Source: Bacteroidota bacterium
Lineage (GTDB): Bacteria; Bacteroidota; Bacteroidia; NS11-12g; UBA955
Length of the DNA stretch: 64,000 nt
Direction: 5' to 3'
Assembly (NCBI GenBank): GCA_025354385.1
Contig: JANXMZ010000026.1
Span: 3,400-67,399 of the forward strand
This document shows, one piece after another, positions 30,401 through 38,302 of this stretch. Below the pieces are notes generated by a model, which saw nothing but the letters and a program-made list of their open reading frames with translations, was not told the DNA's origin and did no database searches. Both the position numbers and the translations under genes were made by a program. Each line of letters begins with the position of its first letter. Within the stretch, counting starts at the first letter, position 1.

Positions 30401-30569
30401 TTATGTGGTTACTGTTGTCTCCAAGCGCGACCCCATGCTATATGCTTCTGGCATTGGTATAAGGGCAAAAATTTTAGGTCATTATATTAAATTCGACCAT
30501 GGTTGGGGTTATTTCGAAAACAAATTTCAAAAAGGCTTAACTAATTTTTCTTTGGGGTTAGATTTTTAG
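27438..30569 (+). CDS. large outer-membrane protein: N-terminal domain, PD40/TolB-like beta-propeller repeats and an Omp85-like C-terminal barrel
   Basis: GTG start with signal peptide. PD40-like repeats (LSPDGKKIAIVTN, FSLDGTSIFFSSNRE). The C-terminus ...GIGIRAKILGHYIKFDHGWGY...FSLGLDF ends in Phe, as Omp85 barrels do. Confidence 0.6.
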   Translation: MRFLLSIFFFYAAYSLLGQGIYTDFGQNRIQKKQVTYSLRQDNIEIIYSEGGEELAKLVFGYVIQQLPEFETRLNYNVSNGVKIVLFNHFIDYQNSNINLTNPQQYAGGYSNLNDNTSSIYFSGSRIDLYKQTRRALAEILISEFIFGGDIRDRIKASALLTLPNWYYKGLVSYLAESWSIENDNYLKDFLLSGKSHSFTSLQEEDEVLAGHSIWRYIEEKFGPGSVSNVVFITRIGNSVESGFNYHTGLTINGMLNDWEQYYKDKYSLDESIFKLPKGQENVPDKLVKKRITQFKLSPDGKKIAIVTNTKGRYQVVLYNIKSKKTVILMKGGHQILNQEASYDYPLIAWDNSGKKISIITFNNNVSSLTEYNTDGKKTKTMVLDNVPIIKDFNYNSEGDQMVMSVIRRGQSDIIIYHIKEKIISDITNDIFDDLNPRFSLDGTSIFFSSNREWPHNQLSDYYSIFEARLSSLEINQIAGYPEFFCNYYQPIELQNGYISFLSDANGIVNNYTIKKGDNEIIQLTNYKRSILYNDVAAETRQIADLLFYKNRYRIYVGEISDNLKDEQVENPRNTAYRNWMTDNKVKLKRAADTAKQVKDSIRKKIQNDTVTAAPKKIFISGFSEKDEIQNSTSINEKISSISIQQTKLNFGVNYFLQQIDNSFLNNYLFPSNVSERVFNYPLFNPLLSAKITDNLNNIQIEAGARIPINIKASDYFIKYSNLKGRWDKSFIAHRRGRVLDIENTYQRMVSEVAKFTISYPFSERSKINFNVGLRQDRLITLAIDSVTNAEATRGYIYNTGGIEYVYDNIRSKGLNLFEGLRFKIYNDNYIGSNKKALVINTGFDGRYYLKLHRQIYFASRLSGAFSIGPQKTAYYLGGVENEIGYAKSTSNFNYNIPTLTSSEYCFQTLAAPMRGFLRNTRGGSNFMVMNAELRVPLLTYLIQKPITSEFFKSIMLVGFIDMGTAWQGTSPYDPSNPFNTRIVQTPSYVVTVVSKRDPMLYASGIGIRAKILGHYIKFDHGWGYFENKFQKGLTNFSLGLDF

Positions 30570-30708
30570 TATGCCCATACCAGATAGCATATCAAGAAAA
30601 CTTTTACGCTAACAGTATAGTATAACAAAATTGTAAACTAATTTTACCTTCAGTGCTGCTGAGCGGTTTGCTTTGAAAAGAAAAATTCTTCCGAAAATTT
30701 TTTAAGAA

Positions 30709-32022
30709 TTAGTAGTTTAAAATCTTACCAGTAGCCATTGCAGAGCCTGACTCAACAGCCAGTATTCGCCATATAAACAGCCCTTTTTCATTAAATGCAA
30801 TGGCACTTATATTTTCCTTTATGGGCTGCTGCATTATTAATTGCCCTTCTATATTATAAATAGCGATAGTGCCCTGCTTTATGGTGGTGTTCACTATAAT
30901 TTCATCCCTATCTGCATTGAGGGTTACCAAAGTTTTTTCTTTATGAATACTTGCAATGGCAGTATTGGGAATATTATTATTAAGCCTGGCCACAAAATCG
31001 CATTTGGCGCTATCTCTTCTATTAAACGCACCCCCCGCATACAGTTGGTTATTAAATACGCATAGTTCACCTGCAGAATAATTTAAGCCTTTGCCTATGG
31101 GCAGCCAAAGCCTTTTTAGGGTATCATATTTACTAACGCAGCTAAAATTAGAATCACTTCTTACAATTCCCCATCCGCAATACAAATTACCATTGTATAC
31201 TTCTAAATCATTAATGCCTGGTAATTGTTGTTGACTAAATAAAACACAATCGCTGCCATCCCATTGCATTATTTGTGCATAAAAATCAAAGTTTATCATT
31301 ATTTCTTGCGGCCCTATTAGCAGAGTACCTTTCCATTCTACCATACAATTGCCTTCGGTTATATGATCGCTTACCTTGCGCCATTGGGTGCCATTCCAAC
31401 GGCCTATGCCCAGGCTGGGTATGCCACCTACCGAGTCTATAGCTCCGCTGGCATATAACTCATCTTTATATACATACAGGCAATTTACACTGCGGGCCGC
31501 AATGCCCAGGCCCAAGGCATGCCATTGGCTGCCATCCCAGCGGGCTATATTGTTGGCTGCTATACCATCTATGCTATCAAAATTACCAGCGGCATATATT
31601 TCATTTCGGTAAGCTGCCACACAGTTAATATTACCATGCGCACCCTTGCCCATGGCCTTCCATTGGCTGCCACTCCACATGGCAATATCTTTGGCAGCTA
31701 CATGGCCTGCCGAATCAAAAACACCTGTTACATAAAGGCTATCTTTATAGCTAAGGGTTTGGCCCACTTGCGCGCTAAAATTATGTTGTATTCTGCGCAA
31801 GCCCCCTTGCAGGGTGCTAAAACTGGTATCGCTCCAAGCCATTATGCCATTGGCTTTTAGGGGGCCTTTTGTATTAAACCCACCGCTTATTATTAAAGTA
31901 CCTTTGTATACATTAAGTCCATACACAAAATCGTTGGGAGGGGCTATGGGTAAGCATTCCCAATCTTGTGCCTTAGCTGCAAATGCCATTATGCCTATTA
32001 TAAAAAGCAACCTATATTTCAT
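30709..32022 (-). CDS. secreted beta-propeller repeat protein with T9SS C-terminal sorting domain
   Basis: Signal peptide. ~50-aa repeats (IAMWSGSQWKAMGKG / IARWDGSQWHALGLG / IGRWNGTQWRKV). C-terminal TIAIYNIEGQLIMQQ...GLFIWRI. Confidence 0.7.
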   Translation of the reverse strand: MKYRLLFIIGIMAFAAKAQDWECLPIAPPNDFVYGLNVYKGTLIISGGFNTKGPLKANGIMAWSDTSFSTLQGGLRRIQHNFSAQVGQTLSYKDSLYVTGVFDSAGHVAAKDIAMWSGSQWKAMGKGAHGNINCVAAYRNEIYAAGNFDSIDGIAANNIARWDGSQWHALGLGIAARSVNCLYVYKDELYASGAIDSVGGIPSLGIGRWNGTQWRKVSDHITEGNCMVEWKGTLLIGPQEIMINFDFYAQIMQWDGSDCVLFSQQQLPGINDLEVYNGNLYCGWGIVRSDSNFSCVSKYDTLKRLWLPIGKGLNYSAGELCVFNNQLYAGGAFNRRDSAKCDFVARLNNNIPNTAIASIHKEKTLVTLNADRDEIIVNTTIKQGTIAIYNIEGQLIMQQPIKENISAIAFNEKGLFIWRILAVESGSAMATGKILNY

Positions 32023-32024
32023 TG

Positions 32025-32301
32025 TTATATAATTGATATTTTTTTAGATAAAGCACCTTCTGTATACTTTATATTACAAATATAAACCCCCATTGGATAG
32101 GTTTCCTAATTCTATCGCAATTTCATCATTACCTGCATTATCTTTAATAAAGGAATTAGTGTAAACCAATTTTCCTGTAGCGTCTATAATATCAATCTTT
32201 ACACTGCCGCTAATATTGGATTTAATTTTAAAGTTGCCGTTTGAATTAGGATTAGGATATATGTTAAGTTTAATATTTGTTAAAAATACAGCCTTGGCGC
32301 A
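32025..32301 (-). pseudogene. orphan T9SS C-terminal sorting domain relic (no gene body, frameshifted)
   Basis: The reverse strand reads ..NIYPNPNSNGNFKIKSNISGSVKIDIIDATGKLVYTNSF...IELGNLSNG. Removing one base from the C5 run (32087-32091) continues it as VYICNIKYTEGALSKKISII*. A stop lies immediately upstream at 32302-32304 and there is no start codon. Confidence 0.6.
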
Positions 32302-32363
32302 TCATTATTACACCTATTATTTATCAAATTCAATTGCAGTGTTATATTAATTAAGTAATAAAT

Positions 32364-34490
32364 TTAAGCCACGGTCGCACCATTGTCTGCTTCAGCAGTT
32401 GGGGCAATTAATCTTAAGCTGCCATCTAAATTTTTGGCCATTAATATCATTCCATTCGATTCAATTCCTTTTATTTTACGAGGTGCTAAATTAGCCAATA
32501 TGGTAATTTGTTGACCAATTAATTCCTCAGGTTTAAAATCCAAGGCTATGCCCGATACAATGGTTCTTTGCTCAAAACCTAAATCAACTTTTAGTTTCAA
32601 TAATTTATCTGCTTTTTCTACCTTCTCGGCCTCTAATACTGTGGCTACTCTTAAATCCATTTTACTAAAATCATCGAAGGTAATTTGTGGCTTTAGGGGT
32701 TCTAAACTTGCTTCAGAAGTATTGGCTATTGCTGAATTAACCGTTGCCTTCTTCTCTGATTTTTGTTTTAAATTATCCAATTGCAATTGAATAATATCGT
32801 CTTCTATGTTTTGAAATAGTAAACTAGGTTGACTAATTTCATGGCCGCTCTGTAATTTTACGAAAGACTCCAATTGGTAATTGGTTTTTTCAAAATTCAA
32901 CAACTCATATAATTTTTGGGATGTGAAAGGAATAAATGGCTCCATCCACCAAGCCAAGTGGGCCGCCAATTGCAGGCCATGAAACATTACAGTATCGGTT
33001 CTTGCTTGATTTGTTTTTACTGTTTTCCAAGGCTCGTTATCTGCTAAATATTTATTACCCGCACGTGCAATGTTCATCATTTCAAACAAGGCTTCTCTGA
33101 ATTTAAAATTATCAATGTTCTCTGTAATGGCAGTTTCACATCGTTTTATTTCATTGATTAAATCTGCTTCCTTTTCTTCAGGTGCAACATTCATTGGCAC
33201 TTTTCCCTCATAAAACTTATGGGTAAGCACTGCTATTCTATTAATAAAGTTACCCAAAATGGAAACCAACTCGCTGTTATTGCGGGTTTGAAAATCTTTC
33301 CAGCTAAAATCTGCATCTTTGGTCTCAGGTGCAATAGCAGTTAATACATATCTTAATACATCTTCTTTACCAGGAAAAGTGTTGAAATAGTCTTCCATCT
33401 CCACACTCCATTTTCGACTGGTGCTCATTTTATCACCTTCTAAATTTAAAAATTCATTAGCAGGTACATTATCTGGCACTATATATTTTTCGGTTGAGTG
33501 CAACATGGCCGGAAAAATGATGCAGTGGAATACAATATTATCCTTGCCAATAAAATGAAGCAGGCGCGTGCTATCATCCTGCCACCAAGTTTTCCAATCT
33601 TCTGCCTTTGCATTTTGCAATACAGTATGTTGCGGATAGGCGTATTCTATTTTTTGATCGCCCAATTCTTTGAACAAAGCTTTGGTAGCAGATATATAGC
33701 CAATCGGTGCATCGAACCAAACGTACAATACCTTTCCTTCTGCATCTTTCAATGGCACTTTTACACCCCAGTCCAAATCACGGGTCATAGCACGGGGCGA
33801 AAGGCCGCCATCAATCCAACTTTTACTTTGGCCGTACACATTTATTTTCCAATCGTTCTTATGCCCTTCTACTAACCACTCTTTCAACCAAGCTTCTTGA
33901 TTTTGAAGCGGCAAATACCAATGCTTGGTAGCCTTTAAAATTGGCTTATTGCCAGAAATTGTGGATACAGGATTTATGAGCTCTGAAGGGCTTAATGACT
34001 TACCGCATCTTTCGCATTGATCGCCAAAAGCATTATCATAACTGCAATTCGGACAAGTGCCTTTTATGTACCTATCTGCTAAAAAAGTTTGGTTTTCTTC
34101 GTCATAATATTGCTCACTTATTTCTTCTGTAAACAACCCCTTCTCATACATCTCTAAAAAAATTTCTTGGGCCGTTTCGTGGTGTAATTGTTCGCTGGTA
34201 CGGTGATAAACATCAAAGGCAATACCCAATTGATCAAAATTGCTTTTTAACAAGGAATGGTATTTATCAATCATCTCCTTTGGCGTAATGCCTTCCTTTT
34301 TTGCTTGAATAGGAATAGCGGTACCATGCTCATCGCTTCCACACACAAAAATTACTTCTTTACCCATGTTTCTTAAAAATCGAACGTAAATATCGGCAGG
34401 TAAATAAGCGCCCGCAATATGCCCAATATGTTTTGGACCATTGGCGTAAGGTAAGGCAGCAGTAACAAGTGTGCGTTTAAAATCTGACAT
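32364..34490 (-). CDS. metG: methionine--tRNA ligase (with C-terminal tRNA-binding domain)
   Basis: HIGH motif (PKHIGHIAG), KMSKS variant (KMSTSR) and Zn knuckle CPNCSYDNAFGDQCERCG; 708 aa. Confidence 0.97.
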   Translation of the reverse strand: MSDFKRTLVTAALPYANGPKHIGHIAGAYLPADIYVRFLRNMGKEVIFVCGSDEHGTAIPIQAKKEGITPKEMIDKYHSLLKSNFDQLGIAFDVYHRTSEQLHHETAQEIFLEMYEKGLFTEEISEQYYDEENQTFLADRYIKGTCPNCSYDNAFGDQCERCGKSLSPSELINPVSTISGNKPILKATKHWYLPLQNQEAWLKEWLVEGHKNDWKINVYGQSKSWIDGGLSPRAMTRDLDWGVKVPLKDAEGKVLYVWFDAPIGYISATKALFKELGDQKIEYAYPQHTVLQNAKAEDWKTWWQDDSTRLLHFIGKDNIVFHCIIFPAMLHSTEKYIVPDNVPANEFLNLEGDKMSTSRKWSVEMEDYFNTFPGKEDVLRYVLTAIAPETKDADFSWKDFQTRNNSELVSILGNFINRIAVLTHKFYEGKVPMNVAPEEKEADLINEIKRCETAITENIDNFKFREALFEMMNIARAGNKYLADNEPWKTVKTNQARTDTVMFHGLQLAAHLAWWMEPFIPFTSQKLYELLNFEKTNYQLESFVKLQSGHEISQPSLLFQNIEDDIIQLQLDNLKQKSEKKATVNSAIANTSEASLEPLKPQITFDDFSKMDLRVATVLEAEKVEKADKLLKLKVDLGFEQRTIVSGIALDFKPEELIGQQITILANLAPRKIKGIESNGMILMAKNLDGSLRLIAPTAEADNGATVA

Positions 34491-34569
34491 GAAATAGATA
34501 AATTTTGGGCAAAGATAATACGCGAATCAGCAAGGTTTTAAATTATTTTGGATATATTAGCATAAAGTG

Positions 34570-34600
34570 TTTGTAAAAAAGAAAAGAAAATTTACCTTTG
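34570..34600 (+). promoter_or_regulatory. candidate promoter TTTG-N19-TACCTTTG for tRNA-Gln/prs
   Basis: TTTG at 34570-34573 and TACCTTTG at 34593-34600; the tRNA starts at 34620. Confidence 0.5.
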
Positions 34601-34619
34601 CAACCCTATTGCGATTTAT

Positions 34620-34690
34620 TGCCCGATCGTCTAATGGCAGGACGACTGTTTTTGGTGCAGTCTATGTTGGTTCGAATCCAGCTCGGGCAA
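34620..34690 (+). tRNA. tRNA-Gln (anticodon UUG)
   Basis: Acceptor tgcccga/tcgggca, anticodon arm actgt-ttTTGgt-gcagt, T-arm gttgg-ttcgaat-ccagc. Confidence 0.9.
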
Positions 34691-34715
34691 CTTATTCATA
34701 GTAAAAATCAAGGTT

Positions 34716-35681
34716 GTGTCTATATTAAATAAAGTAAAAATCTTCAGCGGTTCGGCCTCAAGTAATTTGGCCCAGAAAATCGCAGACCATTACGGTAGTC
34801 CGCTTGGAGAGTTAACCATCAAAAAATTTAGCGATGGTGAAATGCAACCAAGTTTCGATGAGTCAATTAGAGGTTGCGAAATTTTCATTGTGCAATCCAC
34901 CAATCCTCCAGGAGATAATTTACTAGAATTATTATTGATGATTGATGCTGCTAAAAGAGCCTCTGCCAATTCTATTACTGTTGTTATTCCTTACTATGGA
35001 TACGCCCGTCAAGACAGAAAAGACAAACCAAGAGTTTCCATTGGTAGTAAAATGATAGCCGATGTATTAAGTGCCGCAGGCGCCAACCGGGTTATCACAA
35101 TGGACCTACACGCACCACAAATTCAAGCTTTCTTTAACATGCCAGTGGATCATTTAGATTCATCTGTTGTCTTCATTCCTTATATCAAGTCTTTAAATTT
35201 AGATAAGTTGATGATTGCTGCACCAGATGTTGGCGCTAGTAATAGAAACAGAGAATATGCCAAGGTATTGGGCTGTTCTATGGTTATTTGTGATAAAGAA
35301 AGAAGAAAAGCCAACGAAATTGCCAGCATGACCATTATAGGTGATGTTACTGGAATGGATGTGGTATTAGTAGACGATTTAATAGATACCGCAGGTACCT
35401 TATCTAAAGCTGCTAAGTTAATTAAAGACAATGGTGCCCGCTCCGTAAGAGCCGTGTGTACCCATCCTGTGTTAAGCGGCAAAGCCTACGAAAACATAGA
35501 AAACAGTGTATTGGAAGAACTCATTGTATGTGATACTATACCAATGAATCATTCAAGCCCTAAGATCAGAGTATTATCCGTTGCCCCTTTGATCAGTAAA
35601 GCCATCAGAAATATCCACGAACACGGTTCAGTTAGTTCCTTGTTCAAGCTTGATAATAGTTTCCAACCCAATTTAATTTAA
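34716..35681 (+). CDS. prs: ribose-phosphate pyrophosphokinase
   Basis: GTG start. DLHAPQIQAFF and PRPP-binding VLVDDLIDTAGT motifs. Confidence 0.95.
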   Translation: MSILNKVKIFSGSASSNLAQKIADHYGSPLGELTIKKFSDGEMQPSFDESIRGCEIFIVQSTNPPGDNLLELLLMIDAAKRASANSITVVIPYYGYARQDRKDKPRVSIGSKMIADVLSAAGANRVITMDLHAPQIQAFFNMPVDHLDSSVVFIPYIKSLNLDKLMIAAPDVGASNRNREYAKVLGCSMVICDKERRKANEIASMTIIGDVTGMDVVLVDDLIDTAGTLSKAAKLIKDNGARSVRAVCTHPVLSGKAYENIENSVLEELIVCDTIPMNHSSPKIRVLSVAPLISKAIRNIHEHGSVSSLFKLDNSFQPNLI

Positions 35682-35687
35682 AGAAAA

Positions 35688-36266
35688 ATGAAGACAGTAG
35701 CATTGACAGGCGAGTTTAGACCTTCGTTAGGAACGAAGGACGCCAAGACGTTGAGAAACGAAGGTAAAGTTCCATGTGTATTATACGGAGGAGGTGAAGT
35801 ACTTCACTTTTTCGTGTATGCCCCGGATTTTAATGCCCTCGTTTACACCCCAAACACTTACAAAGTGCAGTTAACCATTGAAGGCAAAAAGTATCTTGCT
35901 GTATTGCAAGACATGCAATTCCATCCGGTAAACGAAACCATTTTACACGCAGATTTTCTAGCAGTAGATGAAAAGAAATCAGTAGTTGTATCTATTCCAA
36001 TCAAAGTAACTGGTAATTCGCCTGGTGTTAGAGCCGGTGGTAAATTAATCCAGAAAATTCAAAGATTGAAAGTTCGCGGAACCATTAACAACATTCCTGA
36101 TGCTGTTATTCTTCCTATTGATACCCTAGAAATAGGCCAATCTATTAAAGTGAAAGAACTTGACATTAAAGGAATCGAAGTTTTAGATGCCAAAGAAAAT
36201 GCAGTTATTTCTGTGAAAATCACTAGAAATGTTGTTGCACCAGTTGCAGAAGCTCCTAAAAAATAA
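35688..36266 (+). CDS. rplY: 50S ribosomal protein L25 / general stress protein Ctc
   Basis: 192-aa long-form L25 (GKVPCVLYGGGE...) directly downstream of prs. Confidence 0.92.
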   Translation: MKTVALTGEFRPSLGTKDAKTLRNEGKVPCVLYGGGEVLHFFVYAPDFNALVYTPNTYKVQLTIEGKKYLAVLQDMQFHPVNETILHADFLAVDEKKSVVVSIPIKVTGNSPGVRAGGKLIQKIQRLKVRGTINNIPDAVILPIDTLEIGQSIKVKELDIKGIEVLDAKENAVISVKITRNVVAPVAEAPKK

Positions 36267-36284
36267 GTCCAGTAAAATAACATC

Positions 36285-36319
36285 AAAAAACCCATCTGAA
36301 AATCAGATGGGTTTTTTTT
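36285..36319. terminator. bidirectional rho-independent terminator between convergent genes
   Basis: A6 - cccatctga aaa tcagatggg - T8. Confidence 0.75.
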
Positions 36320-36343
36320 ATTCTATCAATTTTACAACGCTTT

Positions 36344-38302
36344 TTAAATCTTAACAATTTTAAACACCTGTTTGAATCCACACACGTCTATGTTTACATA
36401 ATAGAAGCCAGAGCTGAAGTTATTCAAATCAATCTCGTTCTTATTCTCTTGCTGCAACAAAACTTTACCAGACAAATCTGTAATGGTAATTTTATGTTTG
36501 GTTTGGGCAACCAACCAATCAATATAAAACAAACCCAAGCCTGGATTTGGATATATGCTCATGATATTTCTTTTTGTATCATACACCCCCAATAATTTAT
36601 TCACCACCACATCATATTCCTTAAAGTGAATTTGATCTTGCGCTATCACTTTATAACGCAGGGTATTCGTAAAGTCATTTTTTGTAACTCCTGTTACTTG
36701 CGACACTCCACTTAAAAATATTTTGGCGGAGTCTGATACCGTAAACACGGCTGTTAAACTACTTAGGTCTGTATTTTCTGGCACACTTAAAGTTACTTTA
36801 CCCAATGCCGTATCCTGTATAATTACAACCGATTTGGCAGGTATTATAAAATCATAGGCAATGATATTACATTGAATATTGGGTTGAATACTAAGCTTTA
36901 CCTTGTACAATTTAAAATGCGCTTGGTCTTGCGAAATAACTTTCAATAAAACCGTATCGCTGTAATCTTGAGCGGTGACTCCACTATTTTGGACCAAATT
37001 TTTTACTTCTAATTGAGCGCTGTCACTTATTTTAAAATTGGCAATCAAGGTTTTTAAAGAGGTGCGAAAAGGCAAGGTGGCTATGATAATTCCACCGGTT
37101 GAACTCGGTGTTATTAAACCAATACTCGCTGGTGTTTTTACGCTCCATTGCAATAAATCGCTGGCCGTATTTTTCAGAACATTCACCATAACAGTGTATA
37201 CTTTGGAGATGCTTGTATCTTCCGCATATACTTTAATTTTTACCGAGCTGCTAAAATCGTAAGTACTATTATTATTGATATGAAAAGTACCGTTTACTTT
37301 TATGGTTGAGCGCAAAGGAAAATAAATATTGCAAGTATTTGCTTTTATGTATGTCCCAAAAGGCAAAGTGATAGCAACTGTTCTATTTACTTCTGAAATA
37401 ATACCTTTCATTTTAGGATTGATAAAAACAAAGGAATCTAACCTACATATGGTGTCTTTTAATACAATCACCTTCACATCGTATTGTTTGGTAATGCTAC
37501 CATCCAGCGATTTTAAAACATAAGATACAGTATTCTTAAAATTATTTTTGGTAGAACCGGATACTTGCTTTGTTGAATTGATGAATAAAGTGGCACTATC
37601 TGTAATATTAAAAGCTGCTACAAGACTATCTAAACCTGTGCCCGCAAATACATACGATTTGATATTACCCCCACTTGCACTATGAATTATAGTGTCCGTT
37701 TTGCTATAACCTGGGAAAGTAAAACTATTCAATCCGAATTCAAAAAGTGTAGAATCCGCCACAGCCAAATTAAAGTTACCTGCCAAGTCTTTGAAGGTAT
37801 TGGCTGCAATTTTTGCATAAACTTTGCCGGGTTTAATTGGTTTAATACTCAATGTGTATTGCAAAGGATTCATCTTTGTATAACCAATTATCCTTGCGTT
37901 GGTCATTACAACTTTAGTGGTATCCAAGTCGCCCACATATTCACTGAACTTGATGGATGCATTAAAAACGCCATATACTTTTGGCTTTGGTAAACTTAGC
38001 GTTACCGTTGGTTTCTTAGAGTCTATGTATAAACTATAATCTTCGGATTGTCCATACGATAAGGTAGCACAAGCATTAGGAATGGCGCTGTAATCACTCA
38101 CCACTCTCATGCGTATAAATGTATTTTGTACGGGAGGATTGTTTAGTATTTTAACAGTAACACTGCGCTTTCCCAATCCGAAAGGTATACTTGCCGACAA
38201 TTCGTTTGTATCCAAAAAATCGCCATCGTTGTTATAATCAATATAAATATTAACTGTTTCATTGTAGCTACTTCCAGTTGTTATGGTGGCAGTATAGCTG
38301 TT
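36344..38302 (-). CDS. C-terminal segment of the interrupted BNR/PKD/GEVED T9SS cargo gene (GEVED-domain end, tandem Ig-like repeats, T9SS sorting domain)
   Basis: The frame is open from 38302. The ORF-track start at 38215 is only a TTG (Leu in ..DGDFLDTNEL..). Contains IYIDYNNDGDF, a GEVED-like GQSEDYSLYI, three or more ~95-aa repeats (F.(I/V)SDSA......SG(V/S)T..(D/N)(F/Y)....) and C-terminal SIYPNPGLGLFYID...GFYYVNI. It has no start codon or signal peptide of its own. Confidence 0.7.
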   Translation of the reverse strand, partial: NSYTATITTGSSYNETVNIYIDYNNDGDFLDTNELSASIPFGLGKRSVTVKILNNPPVQNTFIRMRVVSDYSAIPNACATLSYGQSEDYSLYIDSKKPTVTLSLPKPKVYGVFNASIKFSEYVGDLDTTKVVMTNARIIGYTKMNPLQYTLSIKPIKPGKVYAKIAANTFKDLAGNFNLAVADSTLFEFGLNSFTFPGYSKTDTIIHSASGGNIKSYVFAGTGLDSLVAAFNITDSATLFINSTKQVSGSTKNNFKNTVSYVLKSLDGSITKQYDVKVIVLKDTICRLDSFVFINPKMKGIISEVNRTVAITLPFGTYIKANTCNIYFPLRSTIKVNGTFHINNNSTYDFSSSVKIKVYAEDTSISKVYTVMVNVLKNTASDLLQWSVKTPASIGLITPSSTGGIIIATLPFRTSLKTLIANFKISDSAQLEVKNLVQNSGVTAQDYSDTVLLKVISQDQAHFKLYKVKLSIQPNIQCNIIAYDFIIPAKSVVIIQDTALGKVTLSVPENTDLSSLTAVFTVSDSAKIFLSGVSQVTGVTKNDFTNTLRYKVIAQDQIHFKEYDVVVNKLLGVYDTKRNIMSIYPNPGLGLFYIDWLVAQTKHKITITDLSGKVLLQQENKNEIDLNNFSSGFYYVNIDVCGFKQVFKIVKI

